A stretch of 64,000 bases of DNA from Eledone cirrhosa (taxonomy: Eukaryota), in the NCBI GenBank assembly GCA_964016885.1, contig OZ024743.1, forward strand, positions 210,676,001-210,740,000, in the 5' to 3' direction. The translations under genes and the position numbers were made by a program. Positions 29,801 through 44,750 of the stretch are shown here, piece by piece; the first letter of the stretch is position 1; every line of letters starts with the position of its first letter. The notes beneath the pieces were generated by a model. The model worked only from the letters and a program-made list of their open reading frames with translations. It did no database searches and had not been told where the DNA came from.

Positions 29801-30570
29801 ATAGCCAGATGAAAGCTCTTCACTCCATAAGATATACCAGAGTTTACCATCCTATAGCCACACATGAAAGCTCTTCACTCCTTAAGATATACCACAGTTT
29901 ACCATCCTATAGCCACATATGAAAGCTCTTCACCCCATAAGATATACCACAGTTTACCATCCTATTGCCACACATGAAAGCTCTTCACTCCATAAGATAT
30001 ACCACAGTTTACCATCCTATAGCCATACATGAAAGCTCTTCAGTCCATAAGATATACCACAGTTTACCATCTTATAGCCACATATGAAAGCTCTTCACTC
30101 CATAAGATATCCCACAGTTTACCATCCTATAGCCATGCATGAAAGCTCTTCAGTCCATAAGATATACCACATTTTACCATCCTATAGCCACAGATGAAAG
30201 CTCTTCACTCCATAATATATACCACAGTTTACCATCAGATAGCGAGATGAAAGCTCTTCACTCCCTAAGATATACCACGGTTTACCATCCTATAGCCACA
30301 CATGAAAGCTCTTCACTCCATAAGATATACCACAGTTTACCATCCTATAGCCACAGATGAAAGCTCTTCACTGCATAAGATATACCACAGTTTACCATCC
30401 TATGGCCACACATGAAAGCTCTTCACTCCATAAGGTATACCACAGTTTCCAATCCTATAGCCACACACGAAACTCTTCACTCCATAGGATATACCACAGT
30501 TTACCATCCTATAGCCACACATGAATGCTCTTCACTCCATAGTATATACCACAGTTTACCATCCTATAGC
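26880..30570 (+). repeat. Three copies of a truncated HOR unit, 1248/1193-bp period (~23/22 monomers)
   Basis: CCATCAGATAGCG 27791/29039/30232 and CACTGCATAAG (TGCATAAG at 27931/29179/30372). GCAATGCATG 27691/28939. ORF offsets 27698>28946>30139. Confidence 0.9.
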
Positions 30571-33500
30571 CATACATGAAAGCTCTTCAGTCCATAAGAT
30601 ATACCACAGTTTACCATCCTATAGCCACAGATGAAAGCTCTTCACTCCATAAGATATACTACAGTTTACCATCCTATAGCCAGATGAAAGCTCTTCACTC
30701 CATAAGATATAGCACAGTTTACCAGCCTATAGCCACAGATGAAAGCTCTTCACTCCATAATATATACCACAATTTACCATCCTATAGCAAGATTAAAGCT
30801 CTTCACTCCATAAGATATACCACAGTTTACCATCCTATAGCCACACATGAAAGCTCTTCACTCCATAAGATATACCACAGTTTACAATCCTATAGTCAGA
30901 TGAAAGCTCTTCACTCCATAAATATATCACAGTTTACCATCCTATAGCCACAGATGAAAGCTCTTCACTCCATAAGATATTCCACAGTTTACCATCCTAT
31001 AGCCACACATGAAAACTCTTCACTCCATAAGATATACCACAGTTTACCATCCTGTAGCCAGATGAAAGCTCTTCATTCCATAAGATATACCACAGTTTAC
31101 CATCCTATAGCCACACATGAAAGCTCTTCACTCCATAAGATATACCACAGTTTACCATCCTATAGGCAGATGAAAACTCTTCACTCCATAAGATATACCA
31201 CAGTTTACCACCCTATAGCCAGATAAAAGCTCTTCACTCCATAAGATATACCAGTTTACCATCCTATGGCGACAGATGAAAGCTCTTCGCTCCATAAGAT
31301 ATACCACAGTTTACCACCCTATAGCCAGATGAAAGATCTTCACTCCATAAGATATACCAGTTTACCATCCTATAGCCACAGATGAAAGCTCTTCACTCCA
31401 TAAGATATACCACAGTTTACCATCCTATAGCCACAGATGAAAGCTCTTCACTCCATAACATATACCAGTTTACCATCCTATAGCCACAGATGAAAGCTCT
31501 TCACTCCATAAGATATACCACAGTTTACCACCCTATAGCCAGATGAAAGCTCTTCACTCCATAAGATATACCACAGTTTACCATCCTATAGCCACAGATG
31601 AAAGCTCTTCACCCCATAAGATATACCACAGTTTACCATCCTATAGCCACAGATGAAAGCTCTTCGCTCCATAAGATATACCACAGTTTACCATCCTATA
31701 GCCACACATGAAAGCTCTTCACTCCATGAGATATACCACAGTTTAACATCCTATAGCCACACATGAAAGCTCTTCACTCCATAAGATATACCACAGTTTA
31801 CCATCCTGTAGCCAGATGAAAGCTCTTCACTCTATAAGATATACCACAGTTTACCATCCTGTAGCCAGATGAAAGCTCTTCACTCCATAAGATATACCAC
31901 AGTTTACCATCCTGTAGCCAAATGAAAGCTCTTCATTCCATAAGATATACCACAGTTTACCATCCTATAGCCACACATGAAAGCTCTTCACTCCATAAGA
32001 TATACCACAGTTTACCATCCTATAGGCAGATGAAAACTCTTCACTCCATGAGATATACCACAGTTTACCACCCTATAGCCAGATGAAAGCTCTTCACTCC
32101 ATAAGATATACCAGTTTACCATCCTATAGCCACAGATGAAAGCTCTTCGCTCCATAAGATATACCACAGTTTACCACCCTATAGCCAGATGAAAGATCTT
32201 CACTCCATAAGATATACCAGTTTACCATCCTATAGCCACAGATGAAAGCTCTTCACTCCATAAGATATACCACAGTTTACCATCCTATAGCCACAGATGA
32301 AAGCTCTTCACTCCATAAGATATACCAGTTTACCATCCTATAGCCACAGATGAAAGCTCTTCACTCCATAAGATATACCACAGTTTACCACCCTATAGCC
32401 AGATGAAAGCTCTTCACTCCATAAGATATACCAGAGTTTACCATCCTATAGCCACACATGAAAGCTCTTCACTCCATAAGATATACCACAGTTTACCATC
32501 ATATACCCACAGATGAATGCACATCACTCCATAAGATATACCACAGTTTACCATCCTATAGCCACAGATGAAAGCTCTTCACCCCATAAGATATAGCACA
32601 GTTTACCATCCTATTGCCACACATGAAAGCTCTTCACTCCATAAGATATACCACAGTTTACCATCCTATAGCCACACATGAAAGCTCTTCACTCCATAAG
32701 ATATACCACAGTTTACCATCCTATAGCCACAGATGAAAGCTCTTCACTCCATAAGATATACCACAGTTTACCATCCTGTAGCCAGATGAAAGCTCTTCAT
32801 TCCATAAGATATACCACAGTTTACCATCCTATAGCCACACATGAAAGCTCTACACTCCATAAGATATACCACAGTTTACCATCATATAGGCAGATGAAAA
32901 CTCTTCACTCCATAAGATATACCACGGTTTACCACCCTATAGCCAGATGAAAGCTCTTCACTCCATAAGATATACCAGTTTACCATCCTATAGCCACAGA
33001 TGAAAGCTCTTCGCTCCATAAGATATACCACAGTGTACCACCCTATAGCCAGATGAAAGCTCTTCAGTCCATAAGATATACCAGAGTTTACCATCCTATA
33101 GCCACACATGAAAGCTCTTCACTCCATAAGATATACCACAGTTTACCATCATATAGCCACAGATGAATGCACATCACTCCATAAGATATACCACAGTTTA
33201 CCATCCTATAGCCACAGATGAAAGCTCTTCACCCCATAAGATATACCACAGTTTACCATCCTATAGCCACAGATGAAAGCTCTTCGCTCCATAAGATATA
33301 CCACAGTTTACCATCCTATAGCCGCACATGAAAGCTCTTCACTCCATAAGATATACCACAGTTTAACATCCTAGAGCCACACATGAAAGCTCTTCACTCC
33401 ATAAGATATACGACAGTTTACCATCCTGTAGCCAGATGAAAGCTCTTCACTCTATAAGATATACCACAGTTTACCATCCTATAGCCAGATGAAAGCTCTT

Positions 33501-35601
33501 CACTCCATAAGATATACAACAGTTTACCAACCTATAGCCACAGATGAAAGCTCTTCACTCCATAAGATATACCACAGTTTACCATCCTATAGCCAGATGA
33601 AAGCTCTTCACTCCATAAGATATACCACAGTTTACCATCCTATAGCGACACATTAAAGCTCTTCACTCCATAAGATATACCACAGTTTACCAACCTATAG
33701 CCACAGATGAAAGCTCTTCACTCCATAAGTTATACCACAGTTTACCATCCTATAGCCAGATGAAAGCTCTTCACTCCATAAGATATACCAGTTTACCATC
33801 ATATAGCCACAGATGAAAGCTCTTCACTCCATAAGATATAACACATTCTACCATCCTATAGCCAGATGAAACACTTCACTCCATAAGATATAACACAGTT
33901 TACCATCCTATAGCCACAGATGAAAGCTCTTCACTCCATAAGATATACCACAGTTTACCATCCTATGGCCACAGATGAAAGCTCTTCACTCCATAAGATA
34001 TACCACAGTTTACCATCCTATAGCCATACATGAAAGCTCTTCAGTCCATAAGATATACCACAGTTTGCCATCTTATAGCCACATATGAAAGCTCTTCACT
34101 CCATAAGATATACCACAGTTTACCATCCTATAGCCATGCATGAAAGCTCTTCAGTCCATAAGATATACCACAGTTTACCATCCTATAGCCACAGATGAAA
34201 GCTCTTCACTCCATAATATATACCACAGTTTAGCATCCGATAGCGAGATGAAAGCTCTTCACTCCATAAGATATACCACGGTTTACCATCCTATAGCCAC
34301 ACATGAAACTCTTCACTCCATTGAATATACCACAGTTTACCATTCTATAGCCACACATGAATGCTCTTCACTCCATAGGATATACCACAGTTTACCATCC
34401 TATAGCCATACATGAAAGCTCTTCAGTCCATAAGATATACCACAGTTTACCATCCTATAGCCACAGATGAAAGCTCTTCACTCCATAAGATATACTACAG
34501 TTTACCATCCTATAGCCAGATGAAAGCTCTTCACTCCATAAGATATAGCACAGTTTACCCGCCTATAGCCACAGATGAAAGCTCTTCACTCCATAATATA
34601 TACCACAGTTTACCATCCTATAGCAAGATGAAAGCTCTTCACTCCATAAGATATACCACAGTTTACCATCCTATAGCTACACATGAAAGCTCTTCACTCC
34701 ATAAGATATACCACAGTTTACCATCCTATAGCCACACATGAAGGCTCTTCACTCCATAAATATATCACAGTTTACCATCCTATAGCCACAGATGAAAGCT
34801 CTTCACTCCATAAGATATACCACAGTTTACCATCCTATAGCCACACATGAAAACTCTTCACTCCATAAGATATACCACAGTTTACCATCCTGTAGCCAGA
34901 TGAAAGCTCTTCATTCCATAAGATATACCACAGTTTACCATCCTATAGCCACACATGAAAGCTCTTCACTCCATAAGATATACCACAGTTTACCATCCTA
35001 GAGGCAGATGAAAACTCTTCACTCCATAAGATATACCACAGTTTATCACCCTATAGCCAGATGAAAGGTCTTCACTCCATAAGATATACCAGTTTACCAT
35101 TCTATAGCCACAGATGAAAGCTCTTCGCTCCATAAGATATACCACAGTTTACCACCCTATAGCCAGATGAAAGATCTTCACTCCATAAGATATACCAGTT
35201 TACCATCCTATAGCCACAGATGAAAGCTCTTCACTCCATAAGATATACCACAGTTTACCATCTTATGGCCACAGATGAAAGCTCTTCACTCCATAAGATA
35301 TACCACAGTTTACCATCCTATAGCCACACATGAAAGCTCTTCACGCCATAAGATATACCACAGTTTACCATCCTATAGCCATACATGAAAGCTCTTCAGT
35401 CCATAAGATATACCACAGTTTACCATCTTATAGCCACACATGAAAGCTGTTCACTCCATAAGATATACCACAGTTTACCATCCTATAGCCATGCATGAAA
35501 GCTCTTCAGTCCATAAGATATACCACAGTTTACCATCCTATAGCCACAGATGAAAGCTCTTCACTCCATAATATATACCACAGTTTACCATCCGATAGCG
35601 A

Positions 35602-38600
35602 GATGAAAGCTCTTCACTCCATAAGATATACCACAGTTTACCATCCTATAGCCAGATGAAAGCTCTTCACTCCATAAGATATAACACAGATTACCATCCT
35701 GTAGCCAGATGAAAGCTCTTCACTCCATAAGATATACCACAGTTTACCATCCTATAGCCAGATGAAAGCTCTTCACTCCATATGATATACCACAGTTTAC
35801 CATCCTATAGCCACACATTAAAGCTCTTCACTCCATAAGATATACCACAGTTTACCAACCTATAGCCACAGATAAAAGCTCTTCACTCCATAAGTTATAC
35901 CACAGTTTACCATCCTATAGCCAGATGAAAGCTCTTCACTCCATAAGATATACCAGTTTACCATCATATAGCCACAGATGAAAGCTCTTCACTCCATAAG
36001 ATATACCACAGTTTACCATCCTATAGCCAGATGAAAGCTCTTCACTCCATAAGATATACCACATTCTACCATCCTATAGCCAGATGAAACCCTTCACTCC
36101 ATAAGATATACCACAGTTTACCATCCTATAGCCATACATGAAAGCTCTTCAGTCCATAAGATATACCACAGTTTACCATCTTATAGCCACACATGAAAGC
36201 TGTTCACTCCATAAGATATACAACAGTTTACCATCCTATAGCCACAGATGAAAGCTCTTCACTCCATAAGGTATACCACAGTTTACCATCCTATGGCCAC
36301 AGATGAAATCTCTTCACTCCATAAGATATACCACAGTTTACCATCCTATAGCCACACATGAAAGCTCTTCACACCATAAGATATACCACAGTTTACCATC
36401 CTATAGCCATACATGAAAGCTCTTCAGTCCATAAGATATACCACAGTTTACCATCTTATAGCCACACATGAAAGCTGTTCACTCCATAAGATATACCACA
36501 GTTTACCATCATATAGCCATGCATGAAAGCTCTTCAGTCCATAAGATATACCACAGTTTACCATCCTATAGCCACAGATGAAAGCTCTTCACTCCATAAT
36601 ATATACCACAGTTTACCATCCGATAGCGAGATGAAAGCTCTTCACTCCATAAGATATACCACGGTTTACCATCCTATAGCCACACATGAAAGCTCTTCAC
36701 TCCATAAGATATACCACAGTTTACCATCCTATAGCCACAGATGAAAGCTCTTCACTCCATAAGATATACCACAGTTTACCATCCTATGGCCACACATGAA
36801 AGCTCTTCACACCATAAGATATACCACAGTTTACCATCCTATAGCCACACATGAAACTCTTCACTCCATAGGATATATCACAGTTTACCATCCTATAGCC
36901 ACACATGAATGCTCTTCACTCCATAGGATATACCACAGTTTACCATCCTATAGCCATACATGAAAGCTCTTCAGTCCATAAGATATACCACAGTTTACCA
37001 TCCTATAGCCACACATGAAAGCTCTACACTCCATAAGATATACCACAGTTTACCATCCTATAGGCAGATGAAAACTCTTCACTCCATAAGATATACCACA
37101 GTTTACCACCCTATAGCCAGATGAAAGCTCTTCACTCCATAAGATATACCAGTTTACCATCCTATAGCCACAGATGAAAGCTCTTCGCTCCATAAGATAT
37201 ACCACAGTTTACCACCCTATAGCCAGATGAAAGATCTTCACTCCATAAGATATACCAGTTTACCATCCTATAGCCACAGATGAAAGTTCTTCACTCCATA
37301 AGATATACCACAGTTTACCATCCTATAGCCACAGATGAAAGCTCTTCACTCCATAAGATATACCAGTTTACCATCCTATAGCCACAGATGAAAGCTCTTC
37401 ACTCCATAAGATATACCACAGTTTACCACCCTATAGCCAGATGAAAGCTCTTCACTCCATAAGATATACCAGAGTTTACCATCCTATAGCCACACATGAA
37501 AGCTCTTCACTCCATAAGATATACCACAGTTTACCATCCTATAGCCACAGATGAAAGCTCTTCACCCCATAAGATATACCACAGTTTACCATCCTATAGC
37601 CACAGATGAAAGCTCTTCGCTCCATAAGATATACCACAGGTTACCATCCTATAGCCACACATTAAAGCTCTTCACTCCATAAGATATACCACAGTTTACC
37701 ACCCTATAGCCAGATGAAAGCTCTTCACTCCATAAGATATACCAGAGTTTACCATCCTATAGCCACACATGAAAGCTCTTCACTCCATAAGATATACGAC
37801 AGTTTACCATCCTGTAGCCAGATGAAAGCTCTTCACTCTATAAGATATACCACAGTTTACCATCCTATAGCCAGATGAAAGCTCTTCACTCCATAAGATA
37901 TACCACAGATTACCATCCTGTAGCCAGATGAAAGCTATTCACTCCATAAGATATACAACAGTTTACCAACCTATAGCCACGGATGAAAGCTCTTCACTCC
38001 ATAAGATATACCACAGTTTACCATCCTATAGCCAGATGAAAGCTCTTCACTCCATAAGATATAACACAGATTACCATCCTGTAGCCAGATGAAAGCTCTT
38101 CACTCCATAAGATATACCACAGTTTACCATCCTATAGCCAGATGAAAGCTCTTCACTCCATATGATATACCACAGTTTACCATCCTATAGCCACACATTA
38201 AAGCTCTTCACTCCATAAGATATACCACAGTTTACCAACCTATAGCCACAGATAAAAGCTCTTCACTCCATAAGTTATACCACAGTTTACCATCCTATAG
38301 CCAGATGAAAGCTCTTCACTCCATAAGATATACCAGTTTACCATCATATAGCCACAGATGAAAGCTCTTCACTCCATAAGATATACCACAGTTTACCATC
38401 CTATAGCCAGATGAAAGCTCTTCACTCCATAAGATATACCACATTCTACCATCCTATAGCCAGATGAAACCCTTCACTCCATAAGATATACCACAGTTTA
38501 CCATCCTATAGCCATACATGAAAGCTCTTCAGTCCATAAGATATACCACAGTTTACCATCTTATAGCCACACATGAAAGCTGTTCACTCCATAAGATATA

Positions 38601-40443
38601 CAACAGTTTACCATCCTATAGCCACAGATGAAAGCTCTTCACTCCATAAGGTATACCACAGTTTACCATCCTATGGCCACAGATGAAATCTCTTCACTCC
38701 ATAAGATATACCACAGTTTACCATCCTATAGCCACACATGAAAGCTCTTCACACCATAAGATATACCACAGTTTACCATCCTATAGCCATACATGAAAGC
38801 TCTTCAGTCCATAAGATATACCACAGTTTACCATCTTATAGCCACACATGAAAGCTGTTCACTCCATAAGATATACCACAGTTTACCATCATATAGCCAT
38901 GCATGAAAGCTCTTCAGTCCATAAGATATACCACAGTTTACCATCCTATAGCCACAGATGAAAGCTCTTCACTCCATAATATATACCACAGTTTACCATC
39001 CGATAGCGAGATGAAAGCTCTTCACTCCATAAGATATACCACGGTTTACCATCCTATAGCCACACATGAAAGCTCTTCACTCCATAAGATATACCACAGT
39101 TTACCATCCTATAGCCACAGATGAAAGCTCTTCACTCCATAAGATATACCACAGTTTACCATCCTATGGCCACACATGAAAGCTCTTCACACCATAAGAT
39201 ATACCACAGTTTACCATCCTATAGCCACACATGAAACTCTTCACTCCATAGGATATATCACAGTTTACCATCCTATAGCCACACATGAATGCTCTTCACT
39301 CCATAGGATATACCACAGTTTACCATCCTATAGCCATACATGAAAGCTCTTCAGTCCATAAGATATACCACAGTTTACCATCCTATAGCCACACATGAAA
39401 GCTCTACACTCCATAAGATATACCACAGTTTACCATCCTATAGGCAGATGAAAACTCTTCACTCCATAAGATATACCACAGTTTACCACCCTATAGCCAG
39501 ATGAAAGCTCTTCACTCCATAAGATATACCAGTTTACCATCCTATAGCCACAGATGAAAGCTCTTCGCTCCATAAGATATACCACAGTTTACCACCCTAT
39601 AGCCAGATGAAAGATCTTCACTCCATAAGATATACCAGTTTACCATCCTATAGCCACAGATGAAAGTTCTTCACTCCATAAGATATACCACAGTTTACCA
39701 TCCTATAGCCACAGATGAAAGCTCTTCACTCCATAAGATATACCAGTTTACCATCCTATAGCCACAGATGAAAGCTCTTCACTCCATAAGATATACCACA
39801 GTTTACCACCCTATAGCCAGATGAAAGCTCTTCACTCCATAAGATATACCAGAGTTTACCATCCTATAGCCACACATGAAAGCTCTTCACTCCATAAGAT
39901 ATACCACAGTTTACCATCCTATAGCCACAGATGAAAGCTCTTCACCCCATAAGATATACCACAGTTTACCATCCTATAGCCACAGATGAAAGCTCTTCGC
40001 TCCATAAGATATACCACAGGTTACCATCCTATAGCCACACATTAAAGCTCTTCACTCCATAAGATATACCACAGTTTACCACCCTATAGCCAGATGAAAG
40101 CTCTTCACTCCATAAGATATACCAGAGTTTACCATCCTATAGCCACACATGAAAGCTCTTCACTCCATAAGATATACGACAGTTTACCATCCTGTAGCCA
40201 GATGAAAGCTCTTCACTCTATAAGATATACCACAGTTTACCATCCTATAGCCAGATGAAAGCTCTTCACTCCATAAGATATACCACAGATTACCATCCTG
40301 TAGCCAGATGAAAGCTATTCACTCCATAAGATATACAACAGTTTACCAACCTATAGCCACGGATGAAAGCTCTTCACTCCATAAGATATACCACAGTTTA
40401 CCATCCTATAGCCAGATGAAAGCTCTTCACTCCATAAGATATA
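35602..40443 (+). repeat. Near-identical tandem duplication, 2380-bp period (~44 monomers)
   Basis: All rare variants checked pair at +2380: TATGATA 35781/38161, GATAAAAG 35871/38251, AGGTATA ~36269/38649, GCTCTACAC 37021/39401, ACAGGTT 37636/40016, ATACGAC ~37794/40174, GCTATTC ~37934/40314, ACGGATG ~37979/40359. Confidence 0.93.
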
Positions 40444-41779
40444 CCACAGTTTACCATCCTATAGCCACACATTAAAGCTCTTCACTCCATAAGATATACC
40501 ACAGTTTACCAACCTATAGCAACAGATGAAAGCTCTTCACTCCATAAGTTATACCACAGTTTACCATCCTATAGCCACAGATGAAAGCTCTTCACTCCAT
40601 AAGATATACCACAGTTTACCATCCTATAGCCACATATGAAAGCTCTTCACTCCATAAGATATACCACAGTTTACCATCCTATGGCCACACATGAAAGCTC
40701 TTCACTCCATAAGATATACCACAGTTTACCATCCTATAGCCATGCATGAAAGCTCTTCAGTCCATAAGATATACCACAGTTTACCATCCTATAGCCACAG
40801 ATGAAAGCTCTTCACTCCATAATATATACCACAGTTTAGCATCCGATAGCGAGATGAAAGCTCTTCACTCCATAAGATATACCACGGTTTACCATCCTAT
40901 AGCCACACGTGAAACTCTTCACTCCATAGGATATACCACAGTTTACCATCCTATAGCCACACATGAATGCTCTTCACTCCATAGGATATACCACAGTTTA
41001 CCATCCTATAGCCATACATGAAAGCTCTTCAGTCCATAAGATATACCACAGTTTACCATCCTATAGCCACAGATGAAAGCTCTTCACTCCATAAGATATA
41101 CTACAGTTTACCATCCTATAGCCAGATGAAAGCTCTTCACTCCATAAGATATAGCACAGTTTACCAGCCTATAGCCACAGATGAAAGCTCTTCACTCCAT
41201 AATATATACCACAGTTTACCATCCTATAGCAAGATGAAAGCTCTTCACTCCATAAGATATACCACAGTTTACCATCCTATAGCCAGATGAAAGCTCTTCA
41301 CTCCATAAATATATCACAGTTTACCATCCTATAGCCACAGATGAAAGCTCTTCACTCCATAAGATATACCACAGTTTACCATCCTATAGCCACACATGAA
41401 AACTCTTCACTCCATAAGATACACCACAGTTTACCATCCTGTAGCCAGATGAAAGCTCTTCATTCCATAACATATACCACAGTTTACCATCCTATAGCCA
41501 CACATGAAGGCTCTTCACTCCATAAGATATACCACAGTTTACCATCATATAGCCACAGATGAATGCACCTCACTCCATAAGATATACCACAGTTTACCAT
41601 CCTATAGCCACAGATGAAAGCTCTTCACCCCATAAGATATACCACAGTTTACCATCCTATAGCCACAGATGAAAGCTCTTCGCTCCATAAGATATACCAC
41701 AGTTTACCATCCTATAACCACACATTAAAGCTCTTCACTCCATAAGATATACCACAGTTTAACATCCTATAGCCACAGA

Positions 41780-44750
41780 TGAAAGCTCTTCACTCCATAA
41801 GATATACCAGTTTACCATCCTATAGCCACAGATGAAAGCTCTTCACTCCATAAGATATACCACAGTTTACCACCCTATAGCCAGATGAAAGCTCTTCACT
41901 CCATAAGATATACCACAGTTTACCATCCTATAGCCACACATGAAAGCTCTTCACTCCATAAGATATACCACAGTTTACCATCATATAGCCACAGATGAAT
42001 GCACCTCACTCCATAAGATATACCACAGTTTACCATCCTATAGCCACAGATGAAAGCTCTTCACCCCATAAGATATACCACAGTTTACCATCCTATAGCC
42101 ACAGATGAAAGCTCTTCGCTCCATAAGATATACCACAGTTTACCATCCTATAACCACACATTAAAGCTCTTCACTCCATAAGATATACCACAGTTTAACA
42201 TCCTATAGCCACACATGAAAGCTCTTCACTCCATAAGATATACCACAGTTTACCATCCTGTAGCCAGATGAAAGCTCTTCACTCTATAAGATATACCACA
42301 GTTTACCATCCTATAGCCAGATGAAAGCTCTTCACTCCATAAGATATACCACAGATTACCATCCTGTAGCCAGATGAAAGCTCTTCACTCCATAAGATAT
42401 ACAACAGTTTACCAACCTATAGCCACAGATGAAAGCTCTTCACTCCATAAGATATACCACAGTTTACCATCCTATAGCCAGATGAAAGCTCTTCACTCCA
42501 TATGATATACCACAGATTACCATCCTATAGCCACACATTAAAGCTCTTCACTCCATATGATATACCACAGTTTACCAACCTATAGCCACAGATGAAAGCT
42601 CTTCACTCCATAAGTTATACCACAGTTTACCATCCTATAGCCAGATGAAAGCTCTTCACTCCATAAGATATACCAGTTTACCATCATATAGCCACATATG
42701 AAAGCTCTTCACTCCATAAGATATACCACAGTTTACCATCCTATAGCCAGATGAAAGCTCTTCACTCCATAAGATATACCACATTCTACCATCCTATAGC
42801 CAGATGAAACCCTTCACTCCATAAGATATACAACAGTTTACCATCCTATAGCCACAGATGAAAGCTCTTCACTCCATAAGATATACCACAGTTTACCATC
42901 CTATGGCCACAGATGAAAGCTCTTCACTCCATAATATATACCACAGTTTACCATCCTATAGCAAGATGAAAGCTCTTCACTCCATAAGATATACCACAGT
43001 TTACCATCCTATAGCCACATATGAAAGCTCTTCACTCCATAAGATATACCACAGTTTACCATCCTATAGCCAGATGAAAGCTCTTCACTCCATAAATATA
43101 TCACAGTTTACCATCCTATAGCCACAGATGAAAGCTCTTCACTCCATAAGATATACCACAGTTTACCATCCTATAGCCACACATGAAAACTCTTCACTCC
43201 ATAAGATACACCACAGTTTACCATCCTGTAGCCAGATGAAAGCTCTTCATTCCATAAGATATACCACAGTTTACCATCCTATAGCCACACATGAAAACTC
43301 TTCACTCCATAAGATACACCACAGTTTACCATCCTATAGGCAGATGAAAACTCTTCACTCCATAAGATATACCACAGTTTACCACCCTATAGCCAGATGA
43401 AAGGTCTTCACTCCATAAGATATACCAGTTTACCATCCTATAGCCACAGATGAAAGCTCTTCGCTCCATAAGATATACCACAGTTTACCACCCTATAGCC
43501 AGATGAAAGATCTTCACTCCATAAGATATACCAGTTTACCATCCTATAGCCACAGATGAAAGCTCTTCACTCCATAAGATATACCACAGTTTACCATCCT
43601 ATAGCCACAGATGAAAGCTCTTCACTCCATAAGATATACCAGTTTACCATCCTATAGCCACAGATGAAAGCTCTTCACTCCATAAGATATACCACAGTTT
43701 ACCACCCTATAGCCAGATGAAAGCTCTTCACTCCATAAGATATACCAGAGTTTACCATCCTATAGCCACACATGAAAGCTCTTCACTCCATAAGATATAC
43801 CACAGTTTACCATCATATAGCCACAGATGAATGCACATCACTCCATAAGATATACCACAGTTTACCATCCTATAGCCACAGATGAAAGCTCTTCACCCCA
43901 TAAGATATACCACAGTTTACCATCCTATAGCCACAGATGGAAGCTCTTCGCTCCATAAGATATACCACAGTTTACCATCCTATAACCACACATTAAAGCT
44001 CTTCACTCCATAAGATATACCACAGTTTAACATCCTATAGCCACACATGAAAGCTCTTCACTCCATAAGATATACCACAGTTTACCATCCTGTAGCCAGA
44101 TGAAAGCTCTTCACTCTATAAGATATACCACAGTTTACCATCCTATAGCCAGATGAAAGCTCTTCACTCCATAAGATATACCACAGATTACCATCCTGTA
44201 GCCAGATGAAAGCTCTTCACTCCATAAGATATACAACAGTTTACCAACCTATAGCCACAGATGAAAGCTCTTCACTCCATAAGATATACCACAGTTTACC
44301 ATCCTATAGCCAGATGAAAGCTCTTCACTCCATATGATATACCACAGTTTACCATCCTATAGCCACACATTAAAGCTCTTCACTCCATATGATATACCAC
44401 AGTTTACCAACCTATAGCCACAGATGAAAGCTCTTCACTCCATAAGTTATACCACAGTTTACCATCCTATAGCCAGATGAAAGCTCTTCACTCCATAAGA
44501 TATACCAGTTTACCATCATATAGCCACATATGAAAGCTCTTCACTCCATAAGATATACCACAGTTTACCATCCTATAGCCAGATGAAAGCTCTTCACTCC
44601 ATAAGATATACCACATTCTACCATCCTATAGCCAGATGAAACCCTTCACTCCATAAGATATACAACAGTTTACCATCCTATAGCCACAGATGAAAGCTCT
44701 TCACTCCATAAGATATACCACAGTTTACCATCCTATGGCCACAGATGAAA
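41780..44750 (+). repeat. Block duplication at 1832-bp offset (~34 monomers)
   Basis: TAACCACACATT 42151/43983, TATGATA 42501/44333, GCCACATATG 42691/44523. Confidence 0.8.

Noticed and set aside
32882-33109. Single minus-strand ORF (75 aa)
   Set aside because: It arises by chance from point variants (CACGG, CAGTGTAC) removing stops in the reverse-complement repeat.
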